52,990 nt of DNA from Gemmatimonadales bacterium (GTDB taxonomy: Bacteria > Gemmatimonadota > Gemmatimonadetes > Gemmatimonadales > GWC2-71-9), in NCBI GenBank assembly GCA_036006105.1, contig DASYPZ010000033.1, positions 1 through 52,990 on the forward strand, written 5' to 3'. Shown piece by piece: positions 9,153 to 17,655 of this stretch (positions within the stretch are counted from its first letter, which is position 1; the number at the start of each line of letters is the position of its first letter). The notes under the pieces are model-generated. The model saw only the letters and a list, made by a program, of their open reading frames with translations. It did no database searches and was not told where the DNA came from. The position numbers and the translations under genes were made by a program.

Positions 9153-10121
9153 GTGAGCCGGACTCTCCGGCTGATTTTCTTCCTGGTCGGCGCCACGCTG
9201 GTGACGCTGATGGTGTGGCACGCCGGACCCGCCCAGCTCTGGACGGTGTTCCGATCCTCCCTCTGGGTCATTGCCGCACTGATCCCCCTCTGGGCCGCCG
9301 TGTACGTGCTCAACGCCGTGGCCTGGCGGCTGCTTGCCTCGGCCGGGGGAGAGCCCATCCCGCTGCCCCGCGCCTTTCTCATCACGCTGGTGACCTTCGC
9401 GGTCAACTACTCGACGCCGCTCGCCAGCTTCGGGGGCGAGCCGCTCAAGGTGGTGGCTGCCACCAAGTTTCTCGGCAAGCGCCGGGCGGTCGGCTCGGTG
9501 GTGGCCTTCCGGCTGCTGCATGCCCTGGCCCATGTGCTGGCCTGGCTGCTGGCGCTGATCCCGGCCGCCATCCTGCTCCCCCACACCCCGCTCATCCTGG
9601 GCGGCATCCTGGTGACCGGGGCGATCATGACGATCGTGCTGGTCTTCCTCTTCTCGCGCCATCGCGAGGGCCTGGCCATGCACGCGCTGGGCCTGCTGCG
9701 ACGGCTCCCCCTGCTTTCCAGGGTCGCCGCCAAGCTCGAGCCCCGCGCCGCGGCGTTCCACGAGATCGACGAACACGTCACCGCGGTGTATACCGGGAAC
9801 CCCCGCCGATTCTATGCGGCGCTCGGGTTCGAGCTGCTGGGGCGTTTTCTGGCGCTGGCCGAGTACTGGGTGATTCTCTACGGAATGGGCCTGCACGTGA
9901 ACCCGCTGATGGCATTCGTGGTGGGGAGCTTCTCGTCGCTCGTGGTGAACGTCCTGATCTTCCTCCCCTTCGAGCTTGGCGCGAAGGAAGGAGCCCTCTA
10001 CGTGATGTTCGGATGGATCGGGGTCACGCCGGCCCTCGGCATCGCGGCGGCGGCACTCAGCCGAATGCGGGAGCTGATCTGGATCGCGGTCGGGTGGGCG
10101 CTGATCTGGTCGATGGACTGA
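9153..10121 (+). CDS. UPF0104 / lysylphosphatidylglycerol-synthase-TM-region (flippase-like) membrane protein
   Basis: About 8 hydrophobic helices. N-terminus RLIFFLVGATLVTLMVW... is typical of the family. GTG follows directly after the upstream TGA. Confidence 0.78.
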   Translation: MSRTLRLIFFLVGATLVTLMVWHAGPAQLWTVFRSSLWVIAALIPLWAAVYVLNAVAWRLLASAGGEPIPLPRAFLITLVTFAVNYSTPLASFGGEPLKVVAATKFLGKRRAVGSVVAFRLLHALAHVLAWLLALIPAAILLPHTPLILGGILVTGAIMTIVLVFLFSRHREGLAMHALGLLRRLPLLSRVAAKLEPRAAAFHEIDEHVTAVYTGNPRRFYAALGFELLGRFLALAEYWVILYGMGLHVNPLMAFVVGSFSSLVVNVLIFLPFELGAKEGALYVMFGWIGVTPALGIAAAALSRMRELIWIAVGWALIWSMD

Positions 10122-10122
10122 C

Positions 10123-12078
10123 TCAGCCGCCCCGTTTGGCCAACTCCTCCTTGGCGGCGGCGTTGCCGTGGCCCGCGGCCTTCGTGAGCCATGCGAGTCC
10201 GGTCCGTTCGTCCCGGGCAAACCCGCCCTTGCCCTTCAACAGCATCATGCCGATCTGATATTCGGCTTCGGGCTCCTGCTTCTTGGCCGCTTCGGAATAC
10301 CAGTATGTCGATTTCGCTTCGTCCTTCTTGACGCCGCGTCCCTTCTCGAAAGCCGCGCCGAGCCGGGTCATGGCCAAGGCGTCTCCCGCGTCGGCGGCCT
10401 TCTGATACCACTTCACCGCTTCTTTGGGATCCTGGGACAAGCCGTTTCCCTCTTCGAAGCGCCGGGCCACGATGACCCAGATCGCCGGGGTGCTGTCGAG
10501 GTTGGCGGCGAGCAGATATTTTCGCGCGGCCTTGGCCTGATCCAGCGTCACTCCGCGGCCGGTCTCGTAGCGCCGGGCCATCTCGAGCACGGCCACCGGG
10601 TCGAGACTGTCGGCGGCAAAGGTGAAATGCATCGCCGCGAGCCGTTCGTTGCGCTCGACGCCGTGGCCCTCCGCGTAGAGCATGCCCAGGCGGCGCGCGG
10701 CGAGCGGACTGCTGGCCGCCTCTTCCGTACAGCGCGCGAAGGCGACCGTCCAGTTGCTGGCGGTGACCGCGGCTTCGCAGGTGGCAGGCGGCGGCGGCGC
10801 CAGCCCGACGGTGATCGGCGTATCGACGCGCCGGGCCCCGCCGACTTGGCGTTTCGGCGCGGCAACGGTTCTCCGGACCGACTCGGGACGCGTGACGCGG
10901 GTGGACTCCGGTAGCGGGGACGACACGGTTCCCGGGTCCGACGCGAACAGACCGGCCCGGTAGGACGCGAATCCGAGTCCGCCCAGCACTACGATCCAGC
11001 CCAGGGCCACCAGCCAGGGGTGTCGTCCCGCCGGAATGGCGAATTTCGACTCCCGCCGGGTGACGCCGCCCTCGGCCGCGGTCAACAACTCTCCCTTCAG
11101 CGACTTGGCGAACGCATCCATCGAGGCGAAGCGGCGGGCCGGCTCCTTGCGCATGGCCTGATGAATGGTGGAGGACAGGGCCGCGGGAATGTTCGCCACC
11201 AGCCGTGAGAGCGGAATCGGCTCCTCGAGCAGCTGCCGCGCGATCACCTCGCGCACGTTCTCCCCCATGAAGGGGACGCGCCCGGTCAGCATCTGGTATC
11301 CGACAATGGCCAGCGAGTACTGATCGCTCCGGGGATCGGGCGCGCTCTTCCCCATTGCCTGCTCGGGGCTCATGTACTGCGGCGTGCCGATGACCACGCC
11401 GGTGCCGGTGATCGAGTTTTCGACCGAAGAATCCATCGCCTTGGCGATGCCGAAATCCATCAGCAGCACCCGGCCGGTCTTGCCGTCGATCATGAGATTT
11501 TCGGGCTTGATGTCGCGGTGCACCACCCCCGCTTCGTGCGCGGTCTGCAGCGCCTCGGCCGCCTCGAGCAGGATCCGCTGCACCTGCGCCACCGGCAAGC
11601 GCTGCTCCCGGGCCAGCACGCTTTTCAGGGTTTCTCCCTGTACCAGGGGCATCAGCAGCCAGCAGATGCCATCCGCTTCGCCGACATCGTAGATCGGGAC
11701 GATGTGGGTGTTCTGGAGCGCCCCGACCGCTTCCGCCTCGCGACGGAACCGGGTGACCAGCGAGTCGGTGAGAATGAGATCGGGACGGAGCACCTTGAGG
11801 GCCAGCTCGCGCTTGAGGCGCAGATCCCGGACCGCGAATACCTCCGCGTAGCCGCCCCGGCCGATCAGCCGGCCCAGCTGATAGCTGGGCCCGAGCGCCG
11901 CCTGGAGACGATCCGGCGCGAGCTCATAACTGGTGGCGGTGCCGACGGACCCGCGGCTCACGCCGAGGAGCGTGTCACCCAGAATCGGAGATGCGGACGC
12001 GGCGCCGCAGGCGGGACAGAACGCCGCGTCGGCGGGAATGGATTGGTCGCAGCTTGAGCAGGGACGGGTGGGGCCCAA
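10123..12078 (-). CDS. Ser/Thr protein kinase with N-terminal zinc ribbon, one TM segment and C-terminal Sel1 repeats
   Basis: CSSC...CPAC ribbon. Kinase motifs GRGGYAEV, ALKVL, HRDIKPEN, DFGIAK and GTPQYMSPE. Sel1-like repeats (WYQKAADAGD.., WYSEAAKKQE..). TTG start at 12078 is preceded by GGGGAG. The longer ORF to 12534 overlaps the upstream gene. Confidence 0.88.
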   Translation of the reverse strand: MGPTRPCSSCDQSIPADAAFCPACGAASASPILGDTLLGVSRGSVGTATSYELAPDRLQAALGPSYQLGRLIGRGGYAEVFAVRDLRLKRELALKVLRPDLILTDSLVTRFRREAEAVGALQNTHIVPIYDVGEADGICWLLMPLVQGETLKSVLAREQRLPVAQVQRILLEAAEALQTAHEAGVVHRDIKPENLMIDGKTGRVLLMDFGIAKAMDSSVENSITGTGVVIGTPQYMSPEQAMGKSAPDPRSDQYSLAIVGYQMLTGRVPFMGENVREVIARQLLEEPIPLSRLVANIPAALSSTIHQAMRKEPARRFASMDAFAKSLKGELLTAAEGGVTRRESKFAIPAGRHPWLVALGWIVVLGGLGFASYRAGLFASDPGTVSSPLPESTRVTRPESVRRTVAAPKRQVGGARRVDTPITVGLAPPPPATCEAAVTASNWTVAFARCTEEAASSPLAARRLGMLYAEGHGVERNERLAAMHFTFAADSLDPVAVLEMARRYETGRGVTLDQAKAARKYLLAANLDSTPAIWVIVARRFEEGNGLSQDPKEAVKWYQKAADAGDALAMTRLGAAFEKGRGVKKDEAKSTYWYSEAAKKQEPEAEYQIGMMLLKGKGGFARDERTGLAWLTKAAGHGNAAAKEELAKRGG

Positions 12079-12130
12079 GGAAGGCTCCCCTACAGGGAGG
12101 CCGGAGCGAGCACCGGCCGGTGTGAGAGGA

Positions 12131-14206
12131 TCACGGCTTGCGCTTGGCCACCTCTTTCTGCGCCTCCACGTGGCCCAGGTCAGCGGCTTTCTTGAGCCAG
12201 ACATAGCCCAGGGAATCGGATTTCTGGGTCCCCTTCCCGCGGAGATACGCCATGCCGAGCCCGTATTCCGCGTCCCGATTGCCCTTGTCGGCGGCCATGC
12301 GGAACCAGCGCACTCCCTCCGCCTCGTCCCGATCCACGCCTTTGCCGCGAGTGTACATGTCGCCGACCTTGGCCTCGGCAATTTCGTTGCCCTTCTCCGC
12401 CGCCTTGCGATACCAGTACGAGGCGTCCTTGTCGCTCCTCCGGACGCCCAGGCCCTGCTCGTACCGGTCGGCCAGCACCACCCACGCGGGCTGGTAATCC
12501 TTGTCGGCCGCTTCCTTGATCTTCGCGGTGGCATCGACCGGGTTGGCCTCGACCCCCTTGCCGAGACTCAGGAGCTGTCCCAGCCGGAAGAGGGAAGGGA
12601 GGTCCCCGGCGTCGGCCGCCTTCCGATACAGGTTCACCGCTTCGGTGGCGTGGGCCGGAACCTGGCTCTTGTCGTACAACTCGGCCAGCCGGCGCTGTGA
12701 CACCACGTTGCCTTTGTTGGCTTCGTCGGTGCATACCCGGAAGGCGGTATCGCGATCATCTCCCGCCGCCGCGACCGCGCAGGTCACCACGGCGGTTCGC
12801 GACGCGGGACTCGGGGCCGGGGGAGCCGCCGGCCCGGGCTTCGGATTGGCCGTGGTGCCGGACAATTTTTTCTTGGTGTCGGTCGGCGGTGGGGCCGGTG
12901 CCGGCGTGGCGGCAGGCGATGGCGCGGGCGGCGGAGTCACCGTCCCCGTTCCGGTGGTCGTACTCGGCCCCGCCGGAGCGTTGGCCGCGGGCGTTGCGCC
13001 GGCCGGGACCTGGGTCTGCCCGGCGGTATTCGTGGCGGCGGGCGCGCTGTCCGTCACCTTGACCTGGGTCGTGCCGGGACTCCGTGTCAGCGCCACCCCG
13101 GCCGCGACGACCGCGATCGCGGCGACGGCCGCCAGCACCAGCGGCCGGGTCCGGGACTTCCGCGCCGGCGCAGCCGTGGTGATCTGCAGCGGCTTCACCT
13201 CGTCCGCCGACGTTGCCTCCAGTGCCGTGGCGAAGGCCTCGATGGTCGGATAGCGGTCCGAGGGTTCCTTGGCCATTCCCTTCGAGACGGCGGCCATGAG
13301 CGCCTCGGGCACCTCGGGCACCAGCTCCCGCATCGAGCGGGGCGATTCCATCATCTGTTTGAAGAGGATGGCCCGGGTGTTCTCGCCTTCGAACGGTACC
13401 CCGCCGGTCAGCATGTGATAGCCGACGACGGCGAGGGAATAGATATCGGTGCGATGGTCGAGGTGGGGATCGCCGCTGGCCTGCTCGGGACTCATGTAGT
13501 GCGGAGTGCCCACGATGGTCCCGCTCGACGTGAGCGTGCTGTCGCCCGCCGCGTCCATCATCTTGGCGATGCCGAAGTCCATCAGGAGCACCCGGCGCGC
13601 CTTGCCCTCGAGCATGATGTTCTCGGGCTTGATGTCCCGGTGCACCACGCCCGCCTCGTGGGCCGAGCCGAGCGAGCTCGCCGCCTCGAGAAGAATCCGC
13701 CGGGCCTCCGCGATCGGCCGGCGCCCATCCCGGACCAGCAGGCTCTTGAGACTCTCGCCCTTGATGAGCGGCATCAGGATGTACATGATGCCCTCGGCCT
13801 CGCCGATGTCGTAGATCGGGACGATGTTCGGATGGCGGAGCGCCGCGACGGCTTCGGCCTCGCGGCGGAACCGGGCCAGCAGGGTTTCCGACACGGTCAG
13901 GTCGGGCCTTAGGGCCTTGAGGGCGAGGTCCCGCTTGAGCCACATGTCGCGAACCTGGAACACCTCCGCGAAGCCGCCCCGCCCGATCAACCCTTTGAGC
14001 TCATAGTGCTTGCCCAGCGACTCCTGCAGCTTCCGGATCAGATCCGCAGACGCAGTGGGCGAGGGAGCAATGCCATCGGGGATGGAGATTTCACCCGTCA
14101 GCTTGTCGATGGCCGGCGGTGTCGCCGAACCACAGACGTAGCAAAACGCAGCTACTTCCGGTAGCTGGGTATTGCAGGAGGGGCAAAGCCGGGTGGCGGG
14201 AACCAC
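12131..14206 (-). CDS. Ser/Thr protein kinase, paralog of the downstream gene (zinc ribbon, TM, Pro/Thr/Ala linker, Sel1 repeats)
   Basis: CPSC...CYVC ribbon. HRDIKPEN, DFGIAK and GTPHYMSPE. Sel1 repeats (LYRKAADAGD, WYRKAAEKGN, WFRMAADKGN). GTG 14206 was chosen because codons 14207-14320 have atypically low GC3. Confidence 0.86.
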   Translation of the reverse strand: MVPATRLCPSCNTQLPEVAAFCYVCGSATPPAIDKLTGEISIPDGIAPSPTASADLIRKLQESLGKHYELKGLIGRGGFAEVFQVRDMWLKRDLALKALRPDLTVSETLLARFRREAEAVAALRHPNIVPIYDIGEAEGIMYILMPLIKGESLKSLLVRDGRRPIAEARRILLEAASSLGSAHEAGVVHRDIKPENIMLEGKARRVLLMDFGIAKMMDAAGDSTLTSSGTIVGTPHYMSPEQASGDPHLDHRTDIYSLAVVGYHMLTGGVPFEGENTRAILFKQMMESPRSMRELVPEVPEALMAAVSKGMAKEPSDRYPTIEAFATALEATSADEVKPLQITTAAPARKSRTRPLVLAAVAAIAVVAAGVALTRSPGTTQVKVTDSAPAATNTAGQTQVPAGATPAANAPAGPSTTTGTGTVTPPPAPSPAATPAPAPPPTDTKKKLSGTTANPKPGPAAPPAPSPASRTAVVTCAVAAAGDDRDTAFRVCTDEANKGNVVSQRRLAELYDKSQVPAHATEAVNLYRKAADAGDLPSLFRLGQLLSLGKGVEANPVDATAKIKEAADKDYQPAWVVLADRYEQGLGVRRSDKDASYWYRKAAEKGNEIAEAKVGDMYTRGKGVDRDEAEGVRWFRMAADKGNRDAEYGLGMAYLRGKGTQKSDSLGYVWLKKAADLGHVEAQKEVAKRKP

Positions 14207-14240
14207 TACGGGGACTCCAGGGTGCCGAGGAGTGAACGCT

Positions 14241-14267
14241 AACAAATACCCCCTCCGGAAGGGAGGG
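14241..14267 (-). terminator. short GC hairpin plus T-tract in the AT-richer spacer downstream of the aminotransferase gene
   Basis: Minus strand reads CCCTCC-cttcc-GGAGGG followed by GGTATTTGTT. It lies in the 138-nt non-coding spacer 14207-14344. Confidence 0.35.
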
Positions 14268-14344
14268 TCAATGCCCTTCCCGGGATCCGGGCCCAACTGT
14301 TCTATATTGATACACCGCAACGGGTTCCGACGCGAGACCTGGCC

Positions 14345-15499
14345 CTAGGCCAGCAGCGTCCCGAATACCCCCATCGCCTTCTTCATTTCCGCCATCGTTC
14401 CGACCGATACCCGCACCCATGTCGGGAGCGAGGGGAACTGTCGTCCAACCGCCACATTGTGCTTGAGCGCGTCCATCTTGAATTGTTTTGCGTCGCGGCG
14501 GATGTCGACCATCATGAAGTTGGCATCGCTCCGGGCGACCTGATATCCCGCGCTCTCGAAGAAGGTCCGGGTCTTGGCCCGGACGATCCGGTTGCGGCGC
14601 TGCTCGGCGGCGATGTGCTGGGCATCGGCCACCGCGGTGGTGGCGGCCACCAGGCTGAGCTGGCTGATGTTGGAGCCGAGCAGCCAGGCGGCCATTCGGG
14701 CGAGGGTCGCGGGCTGGCCGACCGCGTAGCCGGCCCGGAGCCCCGCCATGCCGAAGACCTTCGAGAAGGTGCGGGTTACCACGACTCGCGGATTGGCCAG
14801 CGCGAGTGGAATGGAGGTGGCGTAGAGCGGGTCGTCGACGTACTCGTGGTAGGCCTCGTCGATCAGGATGGTCGTCTCCGGGGACAGTCGTCCCACCTGG
14901 TCCACAAAGGCGCGCACATCGGCGGCCGAATGCACCGTCGCGGTGGGGTTGTTCGGATTGCAGCAGTACACCAGCCCCGCGCCGCGGGCCGCATCCGCCA
15001 TCGCATCGAGATCGAGCCGCAGCGCCGCATCCACCTTCGGCGCCAGCACCGGCACATTGATGAATTTGGCCCACGAGGCGCAGGCCTCGAAGGTGGGGTC
15101 GGGGGCAACCAGGGCGCGGGATGGCGAGCCGAACGTGGTGACCGCGGCGCGAAGGAGCTCCCCGGAGCCGGAACCCAGGATCACGTTTTCCGGCTGGATC
15201 GAGTGGGTTCGGGCGATGGCCGCCGCCAGATCGTCTTCGCTGCGCACCGGGTAACGGTTGGACTCGTCGAGGTGCCCGCGAATGGCGGCATAGACCCGCT
15301 CGCCGGGCCCGGTGGGATTCTCGTTGCTGTCGATGCGAATGACCCCGGGGCGCGCGGCGAGCAGCCGGTCGGCTCGCCGGGATCCGGCGCTCTGCGCCTG
15401 GAGCGATTCGTGGCCCCGCCAGGTGATGAGCGGCGCGGCAACCACCCCGGCGCCGCCGGCGCCGAGTGCGGTGAAGAAGGAGCGGCGGGAGATGCGCAT
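14345..15499 (-). CDS. class-I/II PLP aminotransferase (histidinol-phosphate aminotransferase-like) with a twin-arginine (Tat) signal peptide
   Basis: MRISRRSFFTALGAGGAGVVAAP matches S-R-R-x-F-F. HisC-like blocks IDSNENP, YCCNPNNPT and TRTFSKVFGMAGLR (PLP lysine). Confidence 0.9.
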   Translation of the reverse strand: MRISRRSFFTALGAGGAGVVAAPLITWRGHESLQAQSAGSRRADRLLAARPGVIRIDSNENPTGPGERVYAAIRGHLDESNRYPVRSEDDLAAAIARTHSIQPENVILGSGSGELLRAAVTTFGSPSRALVAPDPTFEACASWAKFINVPVLAPKVDAALRLDLDAMADAARGAGLVYCCNPNNPTATVHSAADVRAFVDQVGRLSPETTILIDEAYHEYVDDPLYATSIPLALANPRVVVTRTFSKVFGMAGLRAGYAVGQPATLARMAAWLLGSNISQLSLVAATTAVADAQHIAAEQRRNRIVRAKTRTFFESAGYQVARSDANFMMVDIRRDAKQFKMDALKHNVAVGRQFPSLPTWVRVSVGTMAEMKKAMGVFGTLLA

Positions 15500-15574
15500 T
15501 GGGGCCCCCTGCAACGGGATGGGGCGAAGTTAGCGTTCCCGGGTCCGCGGGTCTACGGTGGAGCCCGGATCGGC

Positions 15575-17410
15575 TCACCGATAGCCGGCCGCCTGGAGCT
15601 CGAAGAGCTGCGCATAGCGGCGTCCGGCGGCCAGCAGCTCGTCGTGGGTCCCCAGCTCGGTGACGTGCCCGTCCTCGATGACCGCGATCCGGTCCGCGAT
15701 CCGTACCGTGGAGAAGCGGTGCGAGATGACGATGCCGATCCGCCCCTTCAGATTCTCCTTCAGCTCGGCGAAGATCCCGGCTTCCGCTTCGGGGTCGAGC
15801 GAGGAGGTCGGCTCGTCGAGAATCCAGATGTCGGCGTCGCGGTACATGATCCGGGCCAGCGCGATGCGCTGCCACTCACCGCCCGACAGATCGTGGCCCC
15901 CCTCGAACAGCCGACCCACCTTGGAGTCGAGGCCCTTCGGCATCTTCTTCACCAGCCATTCGCTGCGGGAATCCCGCAACGCCTCCATCACCCGCTCGTC
16001 GTCGACGGCGCCCTCGGGCCGGCCCATGGTGACGTTCTCCCGGACCGACAGCTCGTAGCTGGCATAGTCCTGGAAGAGCACGCCGATCCGGTTGCGCAGG
16101 GTCTCGGGGTTCACCTCTCTCAGGTCGACGCCTCCGACGCGCACCGATCCCTGGTCCGGGTCGTAGAAGCGCAGCAACAACTTCACCAGCGTGCTCTTCC
16201 CGGCACCGTTCTCGCCGACCAGCGCGAGCAGCTCTCCGCTTTTCACCGAGAGGCTCAGCCCCTCCACCGCCGGCTCGGTGCCCCCGGGATACTGGAACGT
16301 CACGTCGTCGAATTCGATCCCCTGGATCGCGCCGGCCGGGAGGGCGCGGGGCGCCGCGGGAAGCGGGACCAGCGGCAGGATGGCCAGGAAAGAGAAGTAA
16401 TCCTCGAGGAAGGTGGTGTGCTGATCCACCGAGACGAAGGTGCTGGAGATCTGGCCCAGAGTGCCCGAGACCGACGTGAATGCGCCGATCACCAGGACCA
16501 CCCCGCCGGGTCCGATGGTCCCCGCGACTCCCTGCACGGCGACGAAGACATAGGCGAGGGCGAGGATCGTCCCGGTGAGCAGCCCGGTCAGCAACGAGGT
16601 TCGGGTGCCCAGCCGGTACATCTGCTCTCGCTGCCGGAAGAGATCTTCCGAGAGGTTCTGGTGCCGTCCCAGCAGATAGTCGGCCAGCACGTAGGCCCGG
16701 ATCTCCTTGGTGTTGCGGGGCTGGACCAGCAAGTCACCGAGATACTCCCGTTCCCGCTCCTCGGGGGTCTCCTTGTAGAAGAACTCGTAGAGGCGCGCCG
16801 TCACCCGGCGCTCCAGCGCCATCGAGAGCACCGCCGATGACAGCGCGAGTACGACCAGCACCCAGTGCAGGCTGGCGAGGAGGGTCGCCATCAGCAGGAT
16901 CGACACGATGTTGCCGGACAGCCCGAGCACCGACCAGGTGAGGTCGCCGGGGCGCCAGGAGATGTCCCGCTTGGCCCGCGCCAGCCGGTCGTACCAGTCG
17001 GAGTTGTCGAAATGCCCGAGGTCGAGCTTGGAGGCCTGGGCCAGCAGGCGGCGCTCCGCCTCCAGCTGGACCCGCCGCACGAACAGATTCCTGCCATAGC
17101 CCATGTAGGCGCCGATGGTTCGCTGGACGCTGGTGGTGATCCACAGACCGAGCACGATGGGGAGCAGATCCTTCAGGGTCAGCGCCTGCACCCGGGCGTC
17201 GGCGATGCGGTTGACCAGCCTGGCGCCCAGCAGCACGGCGATGGGCGGCATGGTCGCGTTCACCATTCCCAGCACGGTGTAACGGACCAGCGCGCGCGGC
17301 GAGGCGGCCCACGCCAGGGACATGCCCTGGCGAAGATTCTTCACTACCCTCTGGGCGCGGCCCTTGGCCGGAGGAGCAGCGTCTTCCACCGCCGATTCTG
17401 ACTGGACCAT
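15575..17410 (-). CDS. ABC transporter, fused permease/ATP-binding exporter (MsbA/ABCB-like)
   Basis: Six TM helices, then Walker A GENGAGKST, signature LSGGEWQRIALAR and Walker B ILDEPTSSLD. Confidence 0.93.
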   Translation of the reverse strand: MVQSESAVEDAAPPAKGRAQRVVKNLRQGMSLAWAASPRALVRYTVLGMVNATMPPIAVLLGARLVNRIADARVQALTLKDLLPIVLGLWITTSVQRTIGAYMGYGRNLFVRRVQLEAERRLLAQASKLDLGHFDNSDWYDRLARAKRDISWRPGDLTWSVLGLSGNIVSILLMATLLASLHWVLVVLALSSAVLSMALERRVTARLYEFFYKETPEEREREYLGDLLVQPRNTKEIRAYVLADYLLGRHQNLSEDLFRQREQMYRLGTRTSLLTGLLTGTILALAYVFVAVQGVAGTIGPGGVVLVIGAFTSVSGTLGQISSTFVSVDQHTTFLEDYFSFLAILPLVPLPAAPRALPAGAIQGIEFDDVTFQYPGGTEPAVEGLSLSVKSGELLALVGENGAGKSTLVKLLLRFYDPDQGSVRVGGVDLREVNPETLRNRIGVLFQDYASYELSVRENVTMGRPEGAVDDERVMEALRDSRSEWLVKKMPKGLDSKVGRLFEGGHDLSGGEWQRIALARIMYRDADIWILDEPTSSLDPEAEAGIFAELKENLKGRIGIVISHRFSTVRIADRIAVIEDGHVTELGTHDELLAAGRRYAQLFELQAAGYR

Positions 17411-17655
17411 GGTCTCCTCAACCTACCGCGTGATTCATCTGTCCGCCGCGCGCAGGACTCGTCGGCCCGCGGGTCCTCAGTCAGCGGGTCCGAGCGACCT
17501 CCCGTCTCACCATATCCCCCCGCTCTGCGCGTCCGCCGTCGCCGGCCATCGGCTCGGCAGGACATGGTCGCGTGATCGCATAATATTTGATTCGGTGATG
17601 AAGTCGCCATGGTCCTGGATGAAGAGAGGCTGGTTACCCAGGTCCCGGGCGCGCC

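Noticed and set aside
7833-10220. 795-aa ORF on the minus strand
   Set aside because: It is antisense to three well-supported plus-strand genes (CDP-alcohol transferase, oxidoreductase, flippase-like). The translation is an Arg/Pro/Gly/His-rich string with no motifs, which is typical of a shadow ORF in GC-rich DNA.
12079-12534. Upstream extension of the first kinase ORF to ATG 12534
   Set aside because: It overlaps the Sel1 C-terminus of the upstream kinase in another frame. TTG 12078, with a GGGGAG Shine-Dalgarno, gives an N-terminus parallel to the paralog (zinc ribbon first).
14207-14320. ATG 14320 as the start of the second kinase
   Set aside because: The 38 extra codons use many A/T-ending codons (TGT, AAT, ATA, TTA, GTA) unlike the rest of the window, and they contain a hairpin plus T-tract. 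The region was treated as non-coding spacer, though the longer start cannot be fully excluded.
14459-16840. 793-aa ORF on the plus strand
   Set aside because: It is antisense to the aminotransferase and the ABC exporter, both of which carry unambiguous motifs. Composition is low-complexity Arg/Gly/Asp/His.
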